In this document: one piece after another, positions 1 to 8,327 of the stretch | Position numbering within the stretch: position 1 is the stretch's first letter | Layout of the letters: each line of letters opens with the position of its first letter | Assembly (NCBI RefSeq): GCF_000315625.1 | Contig: NW_005434430.1 | Location: 1 to 43,586 of the forward strand | Reading direction: 5' to 3' | DNA from: Guillardia theta CCMP2712 | Taxonomy: Eukaryota; Protista; Cryptophyta | Length of the DNA: 43,586 nucleotides | Position numbers and translations under genes: made by a program | Notes under the pieces: model-generated | Databases searched by the model: none | The model's input: the letters and a program-made list of their open reading frames with translations, nothing else | Told to the model about the DNA's origin: nothing

Positions 1-151
1 CAAGGATCCATCATGTGTGCCCCGAGGTGGCTGTTTCCTTTCCTCTTTGGATAGATACCACATGATCAAACAACCGTTTCTGCACAGAAAAATATCCTGT
101 TCAGCACCCTAGCTCGCAGGGATCCCCTCAAACTGCAGGGGAGGAGAGCAT

Positions 152-211
152 GTCTGTTACTCCAGCGGCCTGTCTGTTACTCCAGCGGCCTGTCTGTTAC
201 TCCAGCGGCCT
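152..211. repeat. 20-bp tandem repeat (TGTCTGTTACTCCAGCGGCC) x3
   Basis: Three exact copies directly before the first telomeric tract. Confidence 0.95.
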
Positions 212-234
212 CCTAAACCCTAAACCCTAAACCC
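212..234 (+). repeat. Telomeric repeat tract (CCCTAAA)n
   Basis: cctaaaccctaaaccctaaaccc, the reverse complement of TTTAGGG repeats. Confidence 0.95.
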
Positions 235-417
235 TATTATTATTATTATTATTATGTGAGTTTATTAGAATGCTAGAATGTTGCTCGGCCTCGTTGTGGG
301 CTTGTGCAATTGGATCCTAGTCTAAAGAGGCGCTCGAGCACTGGGAGTACACGGCCTACAATGCGAACCCTGCTTCTGAGGCGTCTTTCTACTCTCTACT
401 TCTGCTGTCTTCTCTTG

Positions 418-633
418 GCTTCCTCAGCCTCAGTCAGGAGAGTTGCCTCTCCTCACCTTGGCCTTCGGTCACCACCTACTCTACCTCCATTCAGCTTCCT
501 CAGCCTCAGTCAGAAGAGTTGCCTCTCCTCACCTTGGCCTTCGGTCGCCACCTACTCGTCCTCCATTCAGCTTCCTCAGCTTCAGTCAGGAGAGTTGCCT
601 CTCCTCACCTTGGCCTTCGGTCGCCTCCTACCT
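418..633 (-). repeat. Three 76-bp tandem repeats in the element 3' UTR, each with a GCAA-tetraloop hairpin
   Basis: Units start at ~420, 496 and 572. The minus strand reads AGGAGAG-GCAA-CTCTCCT. Also present in copy 2 at ~4735-4950. Confidence 0.85.
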
Positions 634-656
634 TCTCTCCTTACCTTGGGCTCAGC

Positions 657-2804
657 TCAAGCTCGGTACGGGCTCGCCCCGTCTTCTTCCTCGCCCTCGC
701 CTTGCTCTTCCTCCATGTCTTCCTCTTCTTCGTCATCTTCCCTCATCTCCACTCGCAGTCGGTCCTTCTTGTCCACCTTCAGCGAGCAGGCCAGCACATG
801 CATCTCTGCGAATTTACTCAGTGCTATGAACAGGAGGCTAAGAGATCGACGCTCTATGTCGTCGCTCTCCGCCTCCTGCTCAAGCTCAGCAGCTGCCGTT
901 GCCCGTGGCGAGAACGCGCTGCCCCTCCTTGCCTTCTTGCTCTCTCCTTGCACGCGAGTCCAGCGCTTGCTCTGCAGCCACTTCCCCAGCCTCTCCTTGA
1001 GCGCGTTGCGTCCCACTCCCTGCTCCTCTGGCATCTTCGCCCACTCTCCCAGCGCCATGAACTCCAGGCTCCCCGGAGAGTAGAACGTGTCGTGGAGGTT
1101 GCCAACGGCCTTGTCCAGGACCAGCTTGATCGGCTCGCTCGTCCCTGCCTCGTTCAAAGAAGCTGCATCTTCGATGACTGCTGACAGCTCGCTGACGAGC
1201 TGCATGTCCTCTTGGCTTGACGGAGATGCTGCCTCCATTGTGATCCTCTCCAGGTCTGTAAACTCCAGCCACTCTCCCTCGCTCTCCTCCTGTCGCTGCG
1301 CTGCGTCGCTGGTGCCCCGCTGACCAGCCGCCTCAGAGTCAGGCTCCTTGTCGAAGCCGACTGCTTCGAGCTTGGTTGCTGCGCCTTCGAGATAGAAGGG
1401 CAGCTCCTTCATCATGCGTCGAGCATCCTCCGTGGAGCCGAGGAGGATGCATAGCTTGGACCCGTTCCAGGACTTGGTGTTCAAATCCTCCTCCATGTCG
1501 ATGCCTTCAACGTTGATCTCGAGCCTGTTAGCGATCTCCAACAAGACTCTCTTGACTCTTGCGATAGACGTGTTGCCGCCGTTGCACAGCCCCTCCATCT
1601 CCTTCCTCGTGAAGCGACCAGATGCCGCCGTCGACTTGATGATGATCTTGATCTCCTTGCCGTCCTTGCCGCCTGCCTTCTTCTGCATCCTTGATGCCTT
1701 CTTCAACTTATTTCTGGACACAAAGCGATCGGCTGTCAACTCGACTGCGAGCGCCTCTCTGATCTTCGGGTCCTCGCTGAACAGAGTCAGGTGTACTCCC
1801 TCCATCGCTTCGCTCTCTCGGAAAGCTCGAAATGCTGTATCATTCGCCTCTGGGCAGCTCGAGGAGACGATCCACTCCACCTCCCTCTGTCTCCAGATGA
1901 CGTTGGCCCCTACAGCGATGAAGCCTTTCTGACCTAAGCCTTTGTGGACTTGCTGTCCTGGCGCCCCAGCGACCAGCATGCCTGCCAGCGGCTGGAGTTG
2001 GACCGCTGCAAGGGACTGGCGCAGCAGCTGATAGCGATAGACGGCAGCTATCTCAGCCGTTGTCATGCCGCCCAAGGTTAGCAGGTGAGTCAGCTCTGCC
2101 AAGCTGCCCCCTTTGCCCCAGGGTCCTCTCTTGGCTCGAATCTTGAAAGATCTATCGTGCACGATGCTCACATGTACAGCTGTGAACTTGCGACCATCGA
2201 TCGCGAAGTCCTCTCTTCCCTGCCAGAGCTTCTCCGCTTGTGCATTGCGGAGGAAGGAAACAGTCACCGGGATCTCCTCAGCACTCGCTATCTCGGGTCT
2301 ATACGGAGCCTTCCACATGATTGCTTTACTCTCTTGCACTGAGTCTACGATCAGTCCGATCTCTTCAAATTTCTTCTTCAGCTTTTCTTCATGGTTGACA
2401 TACACCGAGGAGATGCCCAGGAGAGTCATGGAGATGAAGGAAGTCACCTCGTTGCCTGCTGAGGCGGTGTATGTCTCGACCTTCTCCTTCTTGGCTTCTT
2501 CAATCTGCTGCATAAACCACTCTCTGGATGCGTCACTCCATCCAGTCATCGCTTCTTGCAGAAGCTCACGTCGTGCCTGCTGACATGTCGAGCGGATGGC
2601 TTCTGCGATAGCGTCGGGGGTGCATCCCTCCACAGCCTTGCAAGCCTGGGCTGTCCTGCTGTTCGGATAACGCTTCGCGAAGCTCTTCACCCTCTCGACG
2701 AGATCAGCTTCGAGGACAGAGGCATCCACAAGTCCGCTCTGCGTGTATTGGCATGATCTCCGATACAGCAGGTTGCGAACATTTTCATCATACTGAAGAA
2801 CCAT
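657..2804 (-). CDS. Large ORF of the telomeric element (~715 aa from MVLQYD), ORF1/Gag-like with possible RRM-like segments and an acidic C-terminus
   Basis: Uninterrupted and intronless. The frame stays open upstream to the telomere junction. The diverged paralog at 3889-4518 differs largely at synonymous third positions (GTT/GTA, CTT/CTA, GAA/GAG, AAT/AAC). Segments VTVSFLRNAQAEKLWQGREDFAIDGRKFTAV and LCILLGSTEDARRMMKELPFYLEG resemble RRM halves (inference). No RT YxDD motif seen. Confidence 0.75.
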   Translation of the reverse strand: MVLQYDENVRNLLYRRSCQYTQSGLVDASVLEADLVERVKSFAKRYPNSRTAQACKAVEGCTPDAIAEAIRSTCQQARRELLQEAMTGWSDASREWFMQQIEEAKKEKVETYTASAGNEVTSFISMTLLGISSVYVNHEEKLKKKFEEIGLIVDSVQESKAIMWKAPYRPEIASAEEIPVTVSFLRNAQAEKLWQGREDFAIDGRKFTAVHVSIVHDRSFKIRAKRGPWGKGGSLAELTHLLTLGGMTTAEIAAVYRYQLLRQSLAAVQLQPLAGMLVAGAPGQQVHKGLGQKGFIAVGANVIWRQREVEWIVSSSCPEANDTAFRAFRESEAMEGVHLTLFSEDPKIREALAVELTADRFVSRNKLKKASRMQKKAGGKDGKEIKIIIKSTAASGRFTRKEMEGLCNGGNTSIARVKRVLLEIANRLEINVEGIDMEEDLNTKSWNGSKLCILLGSTEDARRMMKELPFYLEGAATKLEAVGFDKEPDSEAAGQRGTSDAAQRQEESEGEWLEFTDLERITMEAASPSSQEDMQLVSELSAVIEDAASLNEAGTSEPIKLVLDKAVGNLHDTFYSPGSLEFMALGEWAKMPEEQGVGRNALKERLGKWLQSKRWTRVQGESKKARRGSAFSPRATAAAELEQEAESDDIERRSLSLLFIALSKFAEMHVLACSLKVDKKDRLRVEMREDDEEEEDMEEEQGEGEEEDGASPYRA

Positions 2805-2916
2805 ACTTAGAAAGCTATTTGAAGTATACAAACCTCTCGCTTGCAGCTTCCTTGGCGCCCTGGCGGCTTCCCCTACACCACGCGTGCAGCCATGGTGCCT
2901 GAAATAACCGGCGCTG

Positions 2917-2974
2917 CCTAAACCCTAAACCCTAAACCCTAAACCCTAAACCCTACACCCTAAACCCTAAACCC
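2917..2974 (+). repeat. Telomeric repeat tract with a CCCTACA variant
   Basis: About 8 units; variant unit at 2951-2957. Confidence 0.95.
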
Positions 2975-3123
2975 TATTATTATTATTATTATTATGTGAG
3001 TTTATTAGAATGCTAGGATGTTGCTCGGCCTCGTTGTGGGCTTTTGCAATTTGATCCTAGTCTAAAGAGGCGCTCGAGCACTGGGAGTACACGGCCTACA
3101 ATGCGAACCCTGCTTCTGAGGCG
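2975..3123 (-). mobile_element. 5'-truncated copy (3' terminal ~150 bp) of the telomeric element
   Basis: Matches 235-383 including the (TAT)n tail; flanked by CCCTAAA tracts at 2917-2974 and 3124-3145. Confidence 0.85.
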
Positions 3124-3144
3124 CTAAACCCTAAACCCTAAACC

Positions 3145-3889
3145 CCGGCCCTTAGTAAGAGCAGCCGGCCCTTAGTAAGAGAGCCGGCCCTTAGTAAGAC
3201 AGCCGGCCCTTAGTAAGAGAGCCGGCCCTTAGTAAGAGCAGCCGGCCCTTAGTAAGAGCAGCCGGCCCTTAGTAAGAGCAGCCGGCCCTCAGTAAGAGCA
3301 GCCGGCCCTTAGTAAGAGCAGAGCCGGCCCTTAGTAAGAGCAGCCGGCCCTTAGTAAGAGCAGCCGGCCCTTAGTAAGAGCAGCCGGCCCTTAGTAAGAG
3401 CAGCCGGCCCTTAGTAAGAGCAGCCGGCCCTTAGTAAGAGCAGCCGGCCCTTAGTAAGAGCAGCCGGCCCTTAGTAAGAGCAGCCGGCCCTTAGTAAGAG
3501 CAGCCGGCCCTTAGTAAGAGCAGCCGGCCCTTAGTAAGAGCAGCCGGCCCTTAGTAAGAGCAGCCGGCCCTTAGTAAGAGCAGCCGGCCCTTAGTAAGAG
3601 CAGCCGGCCCTTAGTAAGAGAGCCGGCCCTTAGTAAGAGCAGCCGGCCCTTAGTAAGAGCAGCCGGCCCTTAGTAAGAGCAGCCGGCCCTTAGTAAGAGC
3701 AGCCGGCCCTTAGTACTACTTGAAGAGCAGCCGGCCCTTAGTAAGAGCAGCCGGCCCTTAGTAAGAGCAGCCGGCCCTTAGTAAGAGCAGCCGGCCCTTA
3801 GTAAGAGCAGCCGGCCCTTAGTAAGAGCAGCCGGCCCTTAGTAAGAGCAGCCGGCCCTTAGTAAGAGCAGCCGGCCCTTAGTAAGAGCA
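3145..3889. repeat. Subtelomeric minisatellite, 20-bp unit CAGCCGGCCCTTAGTAAGAG, about 37 copies
   Basis: Head-to-tail, nearly perfect copies with a few 18- and 22-bp variants and one insertion near 3715; no spacers. Confidence 0.95.
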
Positions 3890-4518
3890 TGCGGCCCTGC
3901 GGCGCGTAGGGAGAGCGCAAGGGGACCGGTGGAAGCTGCGAGCAAGAGGTTCGTGCAGTTCAAACAGCTTTCTAAGCATGGTACTACAGTATGATGAGAG
4001 CGTTCGCAACCTGCTGTATCGGAGATCTTGCCAATACACGCAGGGTGAGCGCTCTGGAGGCCACGTCGAGGAGGCCGCCGACCTCGTCGAGAAGGTGAAG
4101 AACTTCACCAAGCGTTATCCGAATAGTCGGACAGCTCAGGCTTGCAGAGCTGAGGGGGGATGCTATCGCTGAAGCCATCCGCTCGACATGTCGGCAGGCG
4201 AGACGCGACCTGTTTGAAGACTCTCTGAGCGAATGGAGCTCAGAGTCGAGAGCATGGTTTACTCAACAGATGGAGGAGGCCAAGAAGCAGAATGTCGAGA
4301 CATACATCGGCACCGAAGGCACCGAGGGGACCTCCTTCATCTCCATGACTCTCCTAGGGATTTCCTCGATGTTTGTTCGACAAGAAGAAAAGTTGAAATC
4401 GAAGCTTATGGAGCTAGGTCTCATGGTAGACTCAGTCGATGGAGTCGACAAGGCCATCATGTGGAAAGCACCTTACAGACCTGAGATAGCACGAGCAGAC
4501 GACATCTCAGTCACCGTC
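3889..4518 (+). pseudogene. Diverged, inverted, frameshifted fragment of the telomeric element ORF (N-terminal part)
   Basis: MVLQYDESVRNLLYRRSCQYTQ... and MEEAKKQNVETY...SFISMTLLGISS...KAIMWKAPYRPEIARADDISVTV align to the copy 1 protein; ends abruptly at the telomeric tract. Confidence 0.9.
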
Positions 4519-4553
4519 TAAACCCTAAACCCTACACCCTAAACCCTAAACCC
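4518..4553 (+). repeat. Telomeric repeat tract with a CCCTACA variant
   Basis: ctaaaccctaaaccctacaccctaaaccctaaaccc. Confidence 0.95.
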
Positions 4554-7234
4554 TATTATTATTATTATTATGTGAGTTTATTAGAATGCTAGAATGTTGC
4601 TCGGCCTCCTTGTGGGCTTTTGCAATTTGATCCTAGTCTAAAGAGGCGCGCGAGCACTGGGAGTACACGGCCTACAATGCGAACCCTGCTTCTGAGGTCT
4701 CTTTCTACTTTCTACTTCTGCTGTCTTCTCTTGGCTTCCTCAGCCTCAGTCAGGAGAGTTGCCTCTCCTCACCTTGGCCTTCGGTCGCCACCTACTCTAC
4801 CTCCATTTAGCTTCCTCATCCTCAGTCAGGAGAGTTGCCTCTCCTCACCTTGGCCTTCGGTCGCCACCTACTCCTCCTCCATTCAGCTTCCTCAGCCTCA
4901 GTCAGGAGAGTTGCCTCTCCTCACCTTGGCCTTCGGTCGCCTCCTACCTCCTCTCCTTACCTTGAGCTCAGCTCAAGCTCGGTGCGGGCTCGCCCCGTCT
5001 TCTTCCTCGCCCTCGCCTTGCTCTTCCTCCATTTCTTCCTCTTCTTCGTCATCTTCCCTCATCTCCACCCGCAGTCGGTCCTTCTTGTCCACCTTCAGCG
5101 AGCAGGCCAGCACATGCATCTCTGCGAATTTACTCAGTGCTATGAACAGGAAGCTAAGAGATCGACGCTCTATGTCGTCGCTCTCCGCCTCCTGCTCAAG
5201 CTCAGCAGCTGCCGTTGCCCGTGGCGAGAACGCGCTGCCCCTCCTTGCCTTCTTGCTCTCTCCTTGCACGCGAGTCCAGCGCTTGCTCTGCAGCCACTTC
5301 CCCAGCTTCTCCTTGAGAACGTTGCGTCCCACTCCCTGCTCCTCTGGCATCTTCGCCCACTCTCCCAGCGCCATGAACTCCAGGCTCCCCGGAGAGTAGA
5401 ACGTGTCGTGGAGGTTGCCAACGGCCTTGTCCAGGACCAGCTTGATCGGCTCGCTCGTCCCCGCCTCGTTCAAAGAAGCTGCATCTTCGATGACTGCTGA
5501 CAGCTCGCTGACGAGCTGCATGTCCTCTTGGCTTGACGGAGATGCTGCCTCCATTGTGATCCTCTCCAGGTCTGTAAACTCCAGCCACTCTCCCTCGCTC
5601 TCCTCCTGTCGCTGCGCTGCGTCGCTGGTGCCCCGCTGACCAGCCGCCTCAGGCTCCTTGTCGAAGCCGACTGCTTCGAGCTTGGTTGCTGCGCCTTCGA
5701 GATAGAAGGGCAGCTCCTTCATCATGCGTCGAGCATCCTCCGTGGAGCCGAGGAGGATGCATAGCTTGGACCCATTCCAGGACTTGGTGTTCAAATCCTC
5801 CTCCATGTCGATGCCTTCAACTTTGATCTCGAGCCTGTTAGCGATCTCCAACAAGACTCTCTTGACTCTTGCGATGGACGTGTTGCCGCCGTTGCACAGC
5901 CCCTCGGCATCTCCTTCCTCGTGAAGCGACCAGATGCCGCCGTCGACTTGATGATGATCTTGATCTCCTTGCCGTCCTTGCCGCCTACCTTCTTCTGCAT
6001 CCTTGATGCCTTCTTCAACTTATTTCTGGACACAAAGCGATCAGCTGTCAACTCGACTGCGAGCGCCTCTCTGATCTTCGGGTCCTCGCTGAACAGAGTC
6101 AGGTGTACTCCCTCCATCGCTTCGCTCTCTCGGAAAGCTCGAAATGCTGTATCATTCGCCTCTGGGCAGCTCGAGGAGACGATCCACTCCACCTCCCTCT
6201 GTCTCCAGATGACGTTGGCCCCTACAGCGACGAAGCCTTTCTGACCTAAGCCTTTGTGGACTTGCTGTCCTGGCGGCCCCAGCGACCAGCATGCCTGCCA
6301 GCGGCTGGAGTTGGACCGCTGCAAGGGACTGGCCGGGCGCAGCAGCTGATAAGGATAGACGGCAGCTATCTCAGCCGTTGTCATGCCGCCCAAGGTTAGC
6401 AGGTGGGTCAGCTCTGCCAAGCTGCCCCCTTTGCCCCAGGGTCCTCTCTTGGCTCGAATCTTGAAAGATCGATCGTGCACGATGCTCACATGTACAGCTG
6501 TGAACTTGCGACCATCGATCGCGAAGTCCTCTCTTCCCTGCCAGAGCTTCTCCGCTTGTGCATTGCGGAGGAAGGAAACAGTCACCGGGATCTCATCAGC
6601 TCTCGCTATCTCGGGTCTATACGGAGCCTTCCACATGATTGCTTTACTCTCTTGCACTGAGTCTACGATCAGTCCGATCTCTTCGAATTTCTTCTTCAGC
6701 TTCTCTTCATGGTTGACATACACCGAGGAGATGCCCAGGAGAGTCATGGAGATGAAGGAAGTCACCTCGTTGCCTGCTGAGGCGGTGTATGTCTCGACCT
6801 TCTCCTTCTTGGCTTCTTCAATCTGCTTCATGAACCACTCTCTGGATGCGTCACTCCATCCAGTCATCGCTTCTTGTAGAAGCTCACGTCGTGCCTGCTG
6901 ACATGTCGAGCGGATGGCTTCTGCGATAGCGTCGGGGGTGCATCCCTCCACAGCCTTGCAAGCCTGGGCTGTCCTGCTGTTCGGATAACGCTTCGCGAAG
7001 CTCTTCACCCTCTCGACGAGATCAGCTTCGAGGACAGACTCGGGCATCCACAAGTCCGCTCTGCGTGTATTGGCATGATCTCCGATACAGCAGGTTGCGA
7101 ACATTTTCATCATACTGAAGAACCATACTTAGAAAGCTATTTGAAGTATACAAACCTCTCGCTTGCAGCTTCCTTGGCGCCCTGGCGGCTTCCCCTACAC
7201 CTGGCAGGGAGCCATGCTGCCGAAAATAACGGCG
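4554..7234 (-). mobile_element. Telomere-inserted element, copy 2 (ORF broken by small insertions)
   Basis: Colinear and nearly identical to 235-2916. Frameshifting insertions near 5907, 6274, 6333 and 7040 split the ORF into 4973-5854 and 5791-7113. Confidence 0.8.
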
Positions 7235-7489
7235 CTAAACCCTAAACCCTAAACCCTAAACGCTCCTAAACCCTAAACCCTAAACCCTCGCACCATGGGC
7301 AGCAGGGGAATATCGTCTTCCTAAACCCTAAACCCTTTTACCCTAAAGCTGTTTGAACTATACCAAATTCTTGCTCGCAGCTTCCTGACGACCGCCCGGC
7401 CCCTTGCCAGTGCCAAGTTGCGCTCCTCCTAGTGGCATGCTTCGGGAAAGCCGGCCTCTATTATCTAAACTGGCCCTAAACCCTAAACC
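7235..7489 (+). repeat. Interrupted proximal telomeric tracts (7235-7287, 7320-7347, 7474-7489) enclosing a further diverged element fragment (~7346-7400)
   Basis: CCCTAAA units. aaagctgtttgaactataccaaattcttgctcgcagcttcct is homologous to 2811-2852 (minus strand RKLRARIWYSSNSF versus RKLQARGLYTSNSF). Confidence 0.85.
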
Positions 7490-7793
7490 AGGTTGTCAGT
7501 GCAACTCTGCCGGATCGGACAGCCGAAAGACAGCAAATCCTGTGGTAGGTCTGCCTACCGCGGCGGCTGCCCGGCTGCCCTTAGGTGGTTCTCTACCCCA
7601 CCCTCCCTCGTGACTGCGGCAAGGTCATCACCGAGACCCCCCGGTTGAGCCCCAGAATGACCCACCGGCCCAACCCCCGACCAGTCCGACCACCGTATAA
7701 GCCTGAGGGACACAGCCACGCACCCCTAGTGGGCATTCCGGGTGGGGCGAGGCTTGTTTGCCTCTCCGCGGTCCCAAGGTTGCGACAGACAGT

Positions 7794-8327
7794 ATGCCCG
7801 ACATGTGCTTCAACAGCGTGGTGATGTGTGCCGCAAGTGTTGTGAGAGCGCGATCCTTTGAAACATTTCTCAAGGGGCTTCAACCGGACGACGACATAGG
7901 AGTGTTTGGGCACTTCTTGCCACGTCCAGCTTCGGCTGATTGGCACCTTTGGAGCATTCTGAACTGGGGCACCAAGTGGGATGTCTCAGATCCCAAATGG
8001 GAACGCACCAACCTTTCCTTTCATCTGAAGTTTGAAACTGCATGGTCCCCACCAGTTCCCTTCTACAAATTCCTTGAATCTGCTGCTGGCGGTGACTGGA
8101 TAATTGATGCCACTTTTCATTCTTCTGCGGAGCAGGTTGTTGGACGCTACGCCTGTGGATCCCAGAAGACCTGGAAATACACTTTCCAGGACCCGGCGTG
8201 GCGGGTCAGACTGCCTAACAAGCTTGTTGACGAAGCTGAGCTAGACCGCGAGTATGCAGAATGGCTCGAATGGAAAGAGAGCTGTAGAAAGCAAGATCAT
8301 GTCAGTAGACGTCTGTCATTGGAGTAA
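7794..8327 (+). CDS. DUF1281/YubB/Api92-like ferredoxin-fold protein (177 aa), intronless
   Basis: N-terminal MPDMCFN (family pattern MPNWCxN), then WHLWSILNWGTKWD and FETAWSPPVPFY, the hallmark motifs of this phage/plasmid family. Confidence 0.8.
   Translation: MPDMCFNSVVMCAASVVRARSFETFLKGLQPDDDIGVFGHFLPRPASADWHLWSILNWGTKWDVSDPKWERTNLSFHLKFETAWSPPVPFYKFLESAAGGDWIIDATFHSSAEQVVGRYACGSQKTWKYTFQDPAWRVRLPNKLVDEAELDREYAEWLEWKESCRKQDHVSRRLSLE

Larger units (their letters stand above)
235..2916 (-). mobile_element. Telomere-inserted ~2.7-kb element, copy 1 (putative ORF1-only non-LTR retroelement)
   Basis: Bounded on both sides by CCCTAAA tracts. The minus strand ends ...AATAAACTCAC-(ATA)n-AG-GGTTTAGGG. 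A near-identical copy lies at 4554-7234 and a 3'-end-only copy at 2975-3123. Confidence 0.75.

Noticed and set aside
418-633. Hammerhead ribozyme in the 76-bp repeats
   Set aside because: CTGAGGA is present but there is no correctly placed GAAA or stem II/III; only a GNRA hairpin is supported.
304-2756. Plus-strand Ser/Leu-rich ORFs over the telomeric element (also 4620-6901)
   Set aside because: Antisense shadows of the minus-strand ORF and of the 76-bp repeats; the synonymous substitution pattern supports the minus frame.
3145-3889. 20-bp array as a CRISPR array
   Set aside because: Units are head-to-tail with no unique spacers and no cas genes; it is a minisatellite.
5900-7045. Programmed frameshifting in element copy 2
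   Set aside because: Four scattered small G/C-rich insertions that are absent from intact copy 1; more likely decay or base-calling errors.
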